Origin: Eledone cirrhosa
Taxonomy: Eukaryota
Length of the DNA stretch: 64,000 nucleotides
Direction of reading: 5' to 3'
Assembly: GCA_964016885.1 (NCBI GenBank)
Contig: OZ024740.1
Coordinates: forward strand, 66,464,001 to 66,528,000
Positions 12,936-26,789 of the stretch are shown one piece after another. How positions within the stretch are numbered: the first letter of the stretch is position 1; every line of letters begins with the position of its first letter. A program made the position numbers and the translations under genes. The notes beneath the pieces were generated by a model. It did no database searches, had not been told where the DNA came from, and was given only the letters and a program-made list of their open reading frames with translations.

Positions 12936-14979
12936 TTTGGAAATTGCTTTTATTAAAAATCAATATCATTAAAGAATCAATTATTACAAAATTACGATAT
13001 TGCGTAATTAATTACTGAATATATTTTCACACCACCAAAGGATTGTGACGTGGGTTTTACTTTTTCAACATTCACGGCAAAATGATCTTAGTGCAAGCAT
13101 ACTTACGTTAAGTTGTTCTCTTCAGAACCACTTTGGTCCATGTTTGGCGCAATGTGAACTGTTTCGGTCAAGTAACTTGCTTCATTGCACATATAAGTGC
13201 ATTTTGGTGCATACAATGCAGTCGTATATGTGTACGTATGCATATATATACGTATATATACAAGTATATCTGTATGAGTGAGTGTTTGAGTAGAGATGCA
13301 TGAATATAACCTTGATCTTTACATATCAGTAACGAATGCAAAAGAGTCAAGAAGACAAAAGTATGGAGATTCCATTGTATATTTCTTGTAATATTCATAA
13401 TGCACTGATTTACATACTTTATCGCTCTTATCGTTAGAAAGCAGTGAACCATTGCTTGAGGCACTATACATCTATAACCAAAGACGATAATATTTACACA
13501 TAGTTATATAAAATATGTAAATAAGAAGATATATAATTGAAATATATATGAAATAGATCCGTAGTTTGTTTTTTGGTACTGGATATCATTACTCATAACA
13601 TAATCTCCTAGCATCGTCATAACAATGGGAGTGCAGTGGTCATTTTAAACTTATTGGGGCTCAGCCCCATCTGATTTGAACCACACGATTCCTTTCCAGA
13701 GAGAGAAAGAGTGGGGAGAGAAAACACGAGTATGGTTAAGAATCAATGTCATGATTACATTGGCGCCAATAGGATCAAATGCAAAATCGTCTTCGACCAG
13801 ATTTGAACTGAAGAAATACACCGACGCCCCCGTCAATGTTAGATTGAGTTGAGAACCGACTCAAATTGCGGCAGATGAGTGCTTTACGATTTTTCATTTT
13901 TTTATTCTTTCCTTTTCTAATCATATTCAAGATAGTAACATAACCAACACATAACACGTAAGTGAAGTCCGTAACTGTACAAACAATAATCACAATCCCT
14001 TTCAGAATTAAAATGTCTTTATTCAAAGTCGATTTGCTTTACATTTAAATATATATAAATTATTTCTGCATATTTTCGGTAATGAATATGGAGGTTAGAG
14101 TTACACCTATGTAGATACCTGTAGTTCCCTTTTACGCACACACAGATAGAGACGCATAGGTACAAACAGAAACGAGCACCGCACCATCACCACCACACAC
14201 ACGCACACGTGTGTGTGTATGTGTGAAAATGTATGTTTACGTATGTATATGGAATACAGATAACGGTGGATATGAAAAAGGAGAAAGGAAAACAGTGCTA
14301 AATCTGATGGGAGACATGATATACTGTATTATTTATTCACGTTCATACACGGAACAAAATTACTAATTAAAGTTTCAAGACTCAATATTGACCATATCTC
14401 CTGAATGTCAGGGAGATCAACATTGTAACCTATTCTTAAGGTGCTTATACGTTTAAGCGCCTGAAGATTAGGTCACAATTTTAATCTGTCTGTAGTTTCT
14501 AAGACGGCTATGTGGACAACATGTCTTCCAGAATAAAGTAATAGGAAATGTAGAAATAAAGAAAACCGAATTAGTGTTGATTATTTCAACATTTTATTCT
14601 AAGTAAATTGAGGATCTATGTTGGATATCATTTCCGCTGGTGTTGCTCTATTGATCTCAAAACCTGACTTTTAACGACCTTTCCACCTAACTGCCATACG
14701 ATACCATAGCTACTACAGATACCAGATGTGATAGAATATGTTGTCCAGACTATAATTGTTCATCATACCTTCATTGTTATGGCAGCAATCATCAGTAAAT
14801 ATGCAAAACGAACAAGTACTTCAAAGGCATCGATCAGCAGAATACATTTTACACTGTGAGGAAGTAGATCATTTTCAGGTTCCCAACAGAACTCTCAACT
14901 GGAAACGATAAACGTTTGTCTAAGGGATTCATCCCACTATTTGAATTCTTTGTAGTATTGTTTAACAACTCAATGCTCG

Positions 14980-15195
14980 TAGATTGGCAAACTCGTTAAC
15001 AAATTGCGGCATTTTTTCCAGTCCATTATATTGTGATTCAACATTCTGACACAGTAAATTCTACACTACCTCAATATTGGATCGATAAATAAAAGATCGG
15101 TCAAGTACAAGATATATTTAATCAACTTCTCCCCTCCCCCCCACATAGAATTAGTGGCAGTGTGTAACGGCTGGCCTTGTGTTAAATATCAACAA
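14980..15195 (+). mobile_element. Decayed copy of the same tRNA-derived SINE
   Basis: GATTGGCA head, GATTCAACATTCTG B-box remnant, GATCGATAAATAAA core. Confidence 0.45.
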
Positions 15196-16267
15196 CCTAA
15201 AATAATGAGAAAGCATTACAAACGAGTGGGGATATTCTACATAGCAACTAAATAGCATTCACATTTCCCTCAGAGCACACGCAAATGACGTGAATCAGAA
15301 AAAGTTAATTTAGCTACAACATAACTTTATGCTTTAGAGATATATGAAATGGTCATAGCTGAAATTCCTTTGAAGAAAAGTCAATTCAATAAAAATCGAC
15401 CTGTTGTTAAACCACAACAAAAATAAAAAATATATACATATACTAAATTTTATAAGATAAAGACTTTTGTCATATATGCATAAGCTACTCGCCTCAGACT
15501 ATTAGATTTGAAACTAAAACGAAAATTCCTTTTACTGTGTTAGAATTAATGAGAGCCGGAAACAGAACATAGGAGCATAACTAATTATAACTTAATATTT
15601 CATTGAAGGCTATATTGATTTTTACCCCGTAGAGAACAAGTCTGATAAAAAATATTTTGTCAACACAGCAATGAAAGTATAGAAATTTATTGTTAGCACT
15701 TCAGTAATATTTCAGTCCCACATGAATTGTGAATAGAGTGAAAAGCAAACAGCTATTCCTCCCGCATTAGTGTTCAAGAAAAATGTTAATGTTTTAATAG
15801 GCAAATGATTATGTATTCCAATTTATACGCAAGGCAAATAATTTTGAGGTAGCAGGGTAAAGTTGATTAAATCAGAGGCACTCCACCGATCGTTACTACC
15901 GGTGATTTTTGTATATATATTGACAAATAAGTCCCCTATTTTCTAAGACAGTAAGGTGTAATATGAGCGTGATTTGGCAGCGTTGTGTTGCAGTCCATCA
16001 TGTAACTAAATTATCCTACACTCTTTCTGTAGGAATTATAGAAGCGATGTTTATGCATATTACATGTCTTTCGTCTCCTATATTTATGTGTGACGGGGGA
16101 CCATTGACAATAGCACCAATGCTGTCCACTGACGTTTCTGCCTTGGCACGGCCATGCACTCAACTAGCATCCATCCCGTCCAATCCCTGATGTCATCACT
16201 GCAGTGTCGCTCTGACCTTGTATATTTTTTCCATCGATGCGCCCCTCCATGATCTGGGTGTGATTCT

Positions 16268-16466
16268 AGGAAGGAAAACAAGAACATACTGTTGCCTTGC
16301 AAAATATTTCCAAGGGAGGGAAAAATAAAGTACTAGTTCTCTAGTGCTTAGTTTAATTGCGGTTTCTGTTGGTGTTACTTTCTCATTTTTAATACTGTTT
16401 TATTTCTGTAGAAAAGATTGTCTGTGTAGAGACGAAGAAAGCGGTGGACACACGCACATATTCACA
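16268..16466 (+). repeat. Dispersed ~200-bp direct repeat (second copy about 20786-20989)
   Basis: Near-identical by eye: GGAAGGAAAACAAGAA...GGTGGACACACGCACA. Confidence 0.85.
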
Positions 16467-19400
16467 TGGACAGAATCTATCTGATAATTTGCAAAGGACA
16501 TAAGGTTGTGCTTTTATCAATTACCTTTATTTTATACTTTGTCATATTTACTATCGTGCACATGTAGTATGTAGCATATTTTGTTAATGAATCACAGTAT
16601 ATTGCAGTGATACTACTAGACATAGTTATAACAGTGACATTTATAAAACGTTTCCCAATTACCAGAGATATATATAGCAATATAGTGTATACATTTTTCT
16701 CTAATGCCAGATTTAATTATTCGTATGATCTATTATAGCTTTCAATAAAAACACGTAACATTTGCACCGGGAAGCTTATGTAGGTACTCGTAAAATGGAC
16801 TACAATCGAACGGAAAAGTATTTTCATACAAAGTGGCCGTTTTGTTTTAAATATGGGATATTGTGATAGACAATGGATAGAGGTACAGTTAATCCCAAAT
16901 CTGGAATACGAATTGTTAAAACCGACAGAGTAACAATTTACTTATATTAGTTTCTGAAATAAATAGCATAGATAGTTCTAAAACTTCAATTAACTGATAT
17001 TATCCATACAAGCAATAGACAAAATATCCTTTAACGATGTTTAATATCTAAATATAACAATCAAGAGAGAAAACTGCAGTACTATGAAATAGTTTTCTGA
17101 GCTTCACTGCTTCATCTCCCAAACACATGTAGATCTGTCTTGGTGTAGTGCAATATATGTTTTATTATTGCAGCATGATTTGCCTCAACGATAAAGGGGA
17201 GTTTAGTTGAGCCCTCTTCAAACCATTGTTTTCCTGATTTGTTCTCTAAGGCTTTGTGTACAATACTGTGGGTGGCGTCTCAAAAGAATTCTGGGTATTT
17301 TATTATCTTTATTCGTTGGATCTGCAAGGTGAGAGCTGTATAGTGCATAGGTGTGCAGGTTTAGTTCTACTACTACTGTTTGATGCTTGCATGGTACTTA
17401 GAGTGACTTCATCTTCTTTGGTCGTAGCCTGATTTTGCAGCAAAGCAAATATATATGTATCAATACACACATACCTACACAAACAAACACACATATACAC
17501 ACAAATATACCAATTATGATTATAATAGAACTGATTATAATAGAACTAATTGGAAAAAGGACAGGGAAGTGTAAATGATGAAATTCAAACAAAAATAGAA
17601 AGTATGGAGGTGAAAATTAAGGATAAGTGAAAACAATGAAATAATTTAACGCTTGAGAAGTCATCACTGTTCCATATATGTTCTACTGGATTGCCTATTC
17701 AAGTAGATGTCATTAATACCAAGTCTGTATTATATCAAATATTTATTATAACAATTTGTTACTTATTTCAGGTGGAATCTAGTTTGAATGAATATATTGT
17801 ATAATAATATCACCATGTTATTAATTAAAATTTTGCATTAATAATTGTTTGTATTTATGTCATTCACATGAATTTCCAATTTAGTGCATCATATACAACA
17901 CTGGGATGACTCCAGACTTTGTAAAATGTTCTTTCCATTCACCTTATCACACCTTTACTTTCCATCTCTAAACATATTTCTATATATATATATGTTTCTT
18001 CATGGCGGGTATGATGTTCCAAATAGGTAGGTATCCATTAACTGGGTATGGTTTATGAGGGGGCTAAAACTACTGAGGGTCTCCAATCGTAAATCAATGT
18101 ATCAAATAGAAACGAATTACGAGAATGAAAACTGTCTTGGCATCTGTCGTACAAACACTTATTTCAGCCGACAAAATATTTGTGTTACTTATCATACTTA
18201 TTTGGTTCCCGTGATTTATATATGTGCGTAGACACAGTATATGTAGGTGTATTCATAAACATTTTTTGCGGATGGATAAGTATATATATATTTGTAAGTT
18301 ACTTGTACGGTAACTATAAATATATTTGTATGGTTTGTGTGTATATATTTCAATAGATGTATGTGTAATTAGTATACGAATTTTTTTCTTAAAAAAAAAA
18401 ACTTTGGACACTTTGAAGTGACATATTATATAAATTGGTTTCGTGGCACTAGCCAAACCAATAAAAATATCACTACGCTGATTGTAAATATTTTCAAAAC
18501 CTAAATTTTGTGTTGATTTGTCCCAGCCTACAGGGACAACTTTCTCCCCTTCATCCCCTCTTTATGTTTAGTTTTACCATTTTTTTTCTAATCAGTAGTT
18601 TACTAACGTATATAAATGAAATTTCCTCTAATGAAACAAAGATTTAAGAAGACGTATTTAAAGGCACTGCCACCATTAACATATGTATATTGCTTTGCCC
18701 CTAAAATAAGTATTGATCCTTTATTTGCGATACAATTTTAATGTATTTATGTACATAAAAAGAAGAGATAATATATACTTGTTTAATTGCCGTTATTTAT
18801 ATATGTGCATAGACATAGGATAAGAGTTTCTCAAGTGTATGTAGATGTATTCATAAACATTTTTGCGGATGTATAAGCACGTGGGGCCCCATTTGCTCAT
18901 AATACAGTGAGATGGGGAGAGCGAGAGAGATGGAGGCGATGACTGTGGCATTCCGGCACTTCTGTGTTCGGACCTGGTGTGCAGCGTCAGTTGTGTGTAT
19001 GGAGGTAGTGATTTATACTTAGCGAAAGGTTTTAGAACCTTGTGTTTGCGATTCCTGTATGTATTATTTTATATAGGCAGATATGTGTTAGTGTGTTTCG
19101 GTAGGTGATGCATGAAAATTAGCTGACCAGAGATCTCCCTCGAGAAAATGAGACATTGTACAGCGCTGTTTCTTTATTTATTTCTATCGATGTTAAATAT
19201 AACGCCGCGCAAAAGAAAAACAATCATTTCTGTTATTGCATGCATGTGTTTGTTTGATTGACTCTGTGGGTCTACGGGTGACCGTTGTTTTAAAGTAATT
19301 TCATGTTTGCTACATATTCGTATATATAAGTATATGTGTATCTGTGTGTGTCTGTGTTCATGTATTCTTATATATACGAATTGGTAGAAAGATTACATCA

Positions 19401-19643
19401 CTATAAAACAACGGTCACTCGTGCGCAAACACACACACACACACACACAAACACATACATGCAGGCACAGCCAGATGATGATATTTGTTGTTGATATATG
19501 CATCATACAGGTACCTGCTGGAATAGACACATCATCTCATTCTGCCGTCCCTTGTATCAGGAAAGGGAAACCAGTTTTCGAGGTAGTTTTAGAATACTTT
19601 TGAGGAACATTTTTAATAATCTTAAGTGTTTTTAGGACTTTTA

Positions 19644-19727
19644 TTCCGTCTGACGAGGTGAGGATACCAGAATTAGTAGGATAAAACCCATCTAGCCGTA
19701 TTCCTCGGCGAAATATATATAATTGAA
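19644..19727 (+). ncRNA. Type I hammerhead with long stem II and weakened stem I
   Basis: CTGACGA at 19650; stem II GAGGATAC/GTATTCCTC; GAA-ATATATAT-A; AATAAA; (TA)n about 35 nt later. Confidence 0.72.
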
Positions 19728-19760
19728 AATAAAAATAAACCTAAACCAACAGCATATGAT

Positions 19761-19802
<42 letters not shown>

Positions 19803-20006
19803 GTTTTTGAATTTGTTCGCAGCATGGCCGTCTCAAAATATAACAATATATAAATATATATATATATTTTTTAAATATATATATATATATATACATACAC
19901 ACATACATATATATATATGTGTGCGTGTGTGCGTGCGTATATGTATATATATATATATTATATATTATGTATTATATATACATGTGCGTCTGTCTGAGAG
20001 AGATAT

Positions 20007-20104
<98 letters not shown>

Positions 20105-21035
20105 TGTGTGTGTGTGTGTGTGTGCGTGTGTGTTTGTGTTTGTATGTGTGTGTATGTTTAACGTGAGCAGCAAGATAATTCTCACAATACATACATGTAA
20201 ATTAACTCCTGAATTTCTTCTACTGAAGCAAACATTACTTATTACTGTTCTTCTATTGTGTCCTATATACATATATTTTTTTCTATATTTACACATAGCT
20301 GCTTCACACTTCATCGATCTTTTTTATATTTATTGTGCGGATTCTAGCCAACTATGCGATTACTTACAATGAAATATCACAATGAAATTCCAGCTTTCAC
20401 ACACAGATTTGGTGACTGTTAAACAGCTGACATCATGTCTAAGAATTATTATGATTAGAATTTTTTTTCTGAATATTCTTGTAGACATTTTTCACTATTA
20501 TAGGGAAAATAGTAGGTTGTCTGTGTGTTTGCATTTAATTATTTATTCATTTATACATATTTTTTCGTAGTTTAACATATTCACTTGATTATATTTTACT
20601 GCTGAATATATGATCGTTTAAAACTACTTTACAATACTTTATATCACGTCAAACATTTCGAAATTATATATGCTATACAAGATACCGATTATAAAAAAAA
20701 CATTGTGGTGTATGGAATGCGTATGTAAACATTAAGGTAACAACAATCGAGGTGGGAATAAGAGAAATGATGTTGAGCGGCGAATAGGAAGGAAAACAAG
20801 AATGAAACATACTGTTGTCTCGCACAATATTTCCAAGGGAAGGAAAAATAAAGTACTATTTCTTTAGTGCTTAGTTTAATTGCGGTTTCTGTTGCTGTTA
20901 CTTTCTCCTTTTTAATACTGTTTTATTTCTGTAGAAAAAATTGTCTGCGTAGAGACGAAGAAAACGGTGGACACACGCACACATTCACACACACCCTCAT
21001 GCACACACGTACATATATATTATATATATATATAT

Positions 21036-21111
<76 letters not shown>

Positions 21112-21137
21112 AAAGATTGTCTGCAGCGGTGAGACTA

Positions 21138-21340
21138 AAGAGACTCCAAATCATCAGAGTGCTCGATGCAAGGGGAGAAGTAGAGTGTGTGTAGATCGAC
21201 GTAATATACTAAGCGCTGCGGCAATAAAGCCGTAACCTCATGGCACCGTGGTCATGGTTCTATCTCTCTCACTCTCTTCCTCTCTCTTTAAACATAAATA
21301 TATGTATATGAATACATATATATATATGTATATATATGTA

Positions 21341-21435
<95 letters not shown>

Positions 21436-21484
21436 TAGAATTTGTCAACGCTTATTAATGGTCAGACCCCATCGTTCCCTGCGA
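21138..21484 (+). repeat. Composite repeat with an inverted copy at about 27952-28350
   Basis: AAAGAGACTCC..CTAAGCGCTGCGG..GGCACCGTGG and TTAGAATTTGTCAACGCTTATTAATGGTCAGACCCCATCG both recur as reverse complements. Confidence 0.8.
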
Positions 21485-21640
21485 AGTATAATGTAAATGC
21501 CATTTTTCTTATCTCTCTCCAGCCTATCGGTCCATTCATTCATATATCCGTATCTTTTGCTCTCTCTCAATGCTATTCTATAATTCTGTCTGGTTTTTTC
21601 TAAATAATCTTCTTGTATTTTAAAACCCCATTATTCGCTC

Positions 21641-21815
21641 GGTGGATTGGCAGTATCGGTAGAGGGTCGGACGCCATGCTTTCCAGCATAGTTACGTCCC
21701 TTTATGATCTGAGTTCAAATCCCGCCGAGTTTGACTTTGCCTTTCAAACTTACGGGGTCGATAAAATAAAGTACCAGTAATTGCTGGCATTGTGCCTAAA
21801 GTAGAAACAAATATT
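21641..21815 (+). mobile_element. tRNA-derived SINE with Meta-like central domain
   Basis: A box TGGCAGTATCGG, B box GAGTTCAAATCCC, core TTTGCCTTTCA..GGGGTCGATAAAATAAAGTACCAG. Confidence 0.8.
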
Positions 21816-22219
21816 ACTGTTATATGCTTCTCCAATTATGCCCAAACTTCGAAGATTTCATTTAAACCCTCTCGCTAACTACCCCATACACCTCCCACCC
21901 ACCCCACTCTCCACCATTATTATTAGGACCAATCATATGTCAGCGGACTATGCTATCACTTTTGGTTCCTTGCCGATATGATGGATGGACTATGGAATTC
22001 TGGAGAGTCTGAAAAATCTGGACACTCAGTGACAATGCTAAAGATAAAGACAAATTCACCACATGCTGCCGGACGAAAAGACAATGACTCCTCTTTGTTT
22101 CGGCCGCGGATGGCCAACATAATACCAAACCCCTCAGGAGTAAAAAATGGAAGCTAAAGAACTTAAAACCAGTAATAAATTTAAAAGCATATTTCTTATG
22201 CTTTCGACAGTAAGGAAGA

Positions 22220-24754
22220 GCAAATAGAGTCGTACGATATAGAGGAACAGTGGGAATTCCTGAAAGCTAACCTGCTGAAGGCGGCAGATTAAGTTTGTGG
22301 CTCGAGCAGGCCTATAGGCAGGAGGAGAGTAACGTGGTGGTGGAATAGTAAGGTGGAGGAGTCAATTAAGGCCAAAAAAGCAGGCTTGGAAAGTATGGCG
22401 GGGTGGGGGAAGTAGAGAAGACTATCAAGTGGTCAGGAGGGAAGCTAGGAGACAAGTGTACTTCGCAAGAAGGGAAGCAGGGGAAAGAAAGTTCAAGCAT
22501 GTTCTACAACGCGAGGATCAAAAACGTGAGGTATTCATGAAATTGCTAGGCAATGTGTCAAGGAAAACCGTGATATTGTCGGGGAGAAGTGTGTCCTTAA
22601 TGATAATGGTGTACTTGCCATCACTGACGCTGATAAGAAGGTAGCTTGGAAGTGTCACTACGAAAGGCTACTAAATGAGGAGAATAAATGGGAGAAAGAC
22701 AGTCTCCCCCACATCTATCCAATAGAGGGACCAGCAGTGCGAGTTGAAGGTATTATAATAAGTAAGGCAATCAAAGATATGAAGACGGGTAAGGCGGCCG
22801 GGCCTTCGGAAATAGTTGCTGAAATGCTGAAAGCATCTGGAACGGTGGGAAACACTATGGTCACCCGGATAGTAAACCAAGTCATACAGAATGGGGCCGT
22901 TCCGAAGGACTGGCGTAGCAGCATCATCATTAACTGCTACAAAAGTAAAGGAGATGCTATAGCTAGGGGTAACTATAGAGGCATTAAATTAATCGACCAG
23001 GTCATGAAGGTCACAGAAAAAGTATTAGCGCAACTAATCAGAGAACGAATTGATCTAGATGAAATGCAGTTCGGGTTTCTTTCAGGTAAAAGTACCACAG
23101 ACGCTCTTTTCATTGTACGGCAACTACAAGAGAAGTACCTAGCTAAGAGGAAACCCTTATGCTTAGCTTTTGTTGACTTGGAGAAAGCCTTTGACAGAGA
23201 CCCCGCTTCATTATCTGGTGGGCGCTTAGAAAACAAGCTGTTTATGAATGGCTTGTGAGAGCTATACAAGCCATGTATAAAGAAACAGTCAGCAAGGTTA
23301 GAATTAACAACGCATATAGTGAAGAGTTTAGCGTAAAATTTCTTAGCCCCCTACTATTTATTATTGCCCTTCAGGCTATAACAGATGAGTTCAAGACCGG
23401 CTGCCTATGATAACTCCTATATGCAGATGATCTATTGCTCATAGCTGAATCAATGGCTGAACTAGAGAAGAAATTCTAAACATGGAAGCATGGCCTAGAA
23501 TCAAAAGGCCTTAAAGTTAACTTCTCTAAGACTAAAGTTCTAGTTTGTAGGAAGGAAAATAGGGCAGCTGTCCCATCTAGGAAATGGCCATGCTCTGTGT
23601 GTAGGAAAGGAGTAGGCAGAAACTCCATTTTATACCCCAAATGCAAAGTATGGGTGCATAAAAGATGTAGTGGGATCACATGTAAGCTAACTAAGAATAT
23701 AGATTTTATATGTGGCCGGTGCTCTGGTGCAATATGTAGCAGCTGGTGCCCACAGAATACTAGCTCATTCCATTGCACAGATGGTACTATACAAATAGTG
23801 GACACCTTCCGTTACCTGGGTGACAAAATCAGCAGTAGGGGAGGTTGCTCTGAAAGTACAGTAGCTAGAGTCAGAACGGGATGGAAAAAGTTCAGTGAGC
23901 TTATATGACTATTGGCCGCTAAAGGGTTCTCTCTAAAAATGAAAGGCAGGCTGTATGATTCCTGCATACGAACAGCAATGTTACATGGCAGTGAGACCTG
24001 GGCATTGTGTGCAGAGGATATACGCAGACTGGAGAGAAACGAAGCTTACATGCTCCGCTGGATGTGTAATAGTAATATACGTGAACGGCAACGCATATCC
24101 GAACTAAGAGAGAAATTAGGAATAAGAGGGATCAGATGTTGTTTACTCGAGAGAAGACTACGTTGGTACGGTCACGTGATGCGCATGAAAGACGACAGCT
24201 GTATAAAAAGTGCAGGGCGATAAAAATAGACGGTAGCCACGGAGTAGGCAAACCCAGAAAAACCTGGGACGACTTGATCAATTCCGACCTCACACACTTA
24301 CACCTCTCCAAGACAATATCACTGGACAGAGATCTTTGGCGCTACACAGTCATACAGAAAACCCGCCTTGCCTAAGTACAAAGCGAAACCTACAGTCAGT
24401 AGGCACCTCTAACAAAATACCCCCCCCCCCCCCACTAACCCCACCCCATCCACACCACCTCCTTAAATGTGAAGTTATGTTGGTACCACAACATCCAGTC
24501 CGAAACAAATGAGGTCGTGTAGGTGTCACGACAAAAAAACACACAGTCCACGCTGTAATGTGGCTGTGTAGGTAACATCGTAAAAACCTCCCAGTCCACA
24601 CTGTAAACGTGGTTGGTGTTAGGAAGGGCATCCATCCGTAGAAAATCCGCCAGACAGTCCTATACGAGCAGGACAACAAATCTTGCCTCAAGTCGGAAAC
24701 CTCCCGTCCAAACCCATGCAAGCATGGACGATCGACGTTAAACGATGATGATGA

Positions 24755-24759
<5 letters not shown>
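22220..24759 (+). mobile_element. 5'-truncated RTE-clade LINE, frameshifted, with a Cys/His finger inserted in the RT region
   Basis: GKAAGP, NYRGIKL, QFGF, FVDLEKAFD, LLYADD (about 23415-23430), C..CRKGVGRNSI..WVHKRCSG, MLHGSETW, LRWYGHV; (GAT)n tail. Confidence 0.93.
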
Positions 24760-24821
<62 letters not shown>

Positions 24822-24887
24822 GCAGATTGGGGATACGCAAGAAGACCTGGGATGAGGCGATAAAAGCCGACCTTACCCAATTGTACC

Positions 24888-25497
24888 CAATTGGGCTGAT
24901 TGAAGGAACGTTTCCTGAACCAGCAGTCTACCTTCAGATACCCGGACACTCGTTCATCCACGAAACTCGCGAGCCACGTATGGTCTCTCAAGTACTCAAG
25001 TATAGACTACTCCATTCAATCGAAAGTCCAAGCCATACGCAAAGGGAAATCCGACGTGTGGCTAATGTATTGACGAATGAATAACTATTCTAAAGAGATT
25101 AAGCAATATTGATTGCCTAAACACGAGATTTTAATTTTTCACACGTTGTCCACACGTCGCCAAACACCTATTGCATAATTACAAGGCTCCGGACTGATTC
25201 TTTGTAATTTTATTTTCAACCTAAACCCTTTTCGGACTTTCGCAGTTATCTCCCTTACACCTCTCGCACGCAGACTAGTATTGCCTGTGTGAAGTGACCG
25301 GGTTTCTGCGCATGCGCGTTCGCACGGTTGTCCTTCCTGTTCCTGTAACCATGCCCATTCCGAGCTGAAGATCCGCTAAGGTGAAACAATTGTTCTCGGT
25401 ATGGTGAACTAACTGTTGTGTAACCACTTCTACCTAACTCGTCCCTTTGACTGAGTGCTCTACCACTACGGATATTATCTTCCAGTGTTCCACCACT
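24888..25497 (+). mobile_element. Decayed 3' end of a second Naiad family (GIY-YIG C-terminus plus 3' UTR)
   Basis: Manual translation across stops and frameshifts: IGLIEGTF..STKLASHVWSLK..KPY..CG*CIDE..LNTR..CPHVAKHLL; HHR downstream. Confidence 0.75.
25355..25404 (+). ncRNA. Intact type I hammerhead
   Basis: CCATTCCGAG-CTGAAGA-TCC gctaa GGT-GAA-ACAATTGT-T-CTCGGTATGG. Confidence 0.9.
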
Positions 25498-25521
25498 ATA
25501 TATATATATATATACATATAC

Positions 25522-25550
<29 letters not shown>

Positions 25551-25554
<4 letters not shown>

Positions 25555-26418
25555 GTAGAATAATCGAGTATCGAAAAATCGGCGCACTAGTTCACGATAA
25601 ACAAAATTCGATATGAGCGGCAGAGTGCTCTATAATTTAGATAAATCAGAGCTATAACTATCGTTAAAATACCGTCACACACAGAACAAGTCTATAATCA
25701 ACCGCACGATCGAAAATTTGCGATCCGGAAGATTCGGGACACTCAGATAAAAAATCTCAATAAATCAATAAATTAAATGAATGTAAAAAGCATACCCGGA
25801 CCCGCTAGGAAGATGTTAAATCTAGCTTCTTGGGTTTCTGTAAATCCTTAAACTGTTCTCTATCAGCTCACATAAAAATATATAAGACTTCTAGAATTCA
25901 GCGGACAGGAAATTTACTTCTTCAACGAGCTTTGTCCAAACGGATGAAAGGGCATAACCCAAGCTAAATACGCACATGGAATTCGGCAAGGGAGATAACC
26001 TCTACATCCGCGAAAACTATTCGGGAAAATGTGGAAATACACATATCGAATAAAAGTGCTCAATAGACATGTTAAAATAAACAGGAGCTATTCATCACTC
26101 AATAGAATCGACAAAAAATGAACAATAAAATGAACTGGTCAATAGCTATGCCTAGAGCTAAATATAGTAGAATAATCGAGTATCGAAAAATCGGCGCACG
26201 AGTTCACGATAAACAAAATTCGATATGAGCGGCAGAGTGCTCTATAATTTAGATAAATCAGAGCTATAACTATCGTTAAAATACCGTCACACACAGAACA
26301 AGTCTATAATCAACCGCACGATCGAAAATTTGCTATCCGGAAGATTCGGGACACTCAGATAAAAAATCTCAATAAATCAATAAATTAAATGAATGTAAAA
26401 AACATACCCGGACCCGCT

Positions 26419-26420
<2 letters not shown>
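25551..26420 (+). mobile_element. Short PLE-like derivative with 258-bp direct terminal repeats (25551-25808, 26163-26420)
   Basis: Direct repeat with 612-bp period ending AATAAA..(TA)n; internal decayed GIY-YIG-like text RALSKRMKGH..NVEI..ELFI..MNNK. Confidence 0.6.
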
Positions 26421-26503
<83 letters not shown>

Positions 26504-26506
<3 letters not shown>

Positions 26507-26775
26507 CGAAGGAGGTGTGGTAAGGAACCAGATGGACCATAACGCACTAGAGTACTCAACACTTAGTGTAGTAGAGTGGGTAATAGGAAAAAATTTGACC
26601 CCGACGGCAGAGCTCAAGCCGTTTGGATGGCTATAGTCCAGAAATAGCCGTCGAAACGACGTGAGCTTTGCCGTCGGGGTCAAACTTTTTCCTATAACTC
26701 TCTCTACTAACCTAAGTGTTGAGTACTCTAGTGCGTTATGGTCCATCTGGTTCCTTACCATAAACTCCTTCGTTA
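26504..26775. repeat. Fully symmetric copy of palindromic family P1 in (TA)n
   Basis: Inverted arms of about 130 bp, TAACGAAGGAG...CTCCTTCGTTA. Confidence 0.92.
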
Positions 26776-26789
26776 TATATATATATAGT

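Noticed and set aside
16125-16210. Minus-strand GTGATGA...GAAACGTC hammerhead-like motif
   Set aside because: C3 missing, stem I register off, no convincing stem II
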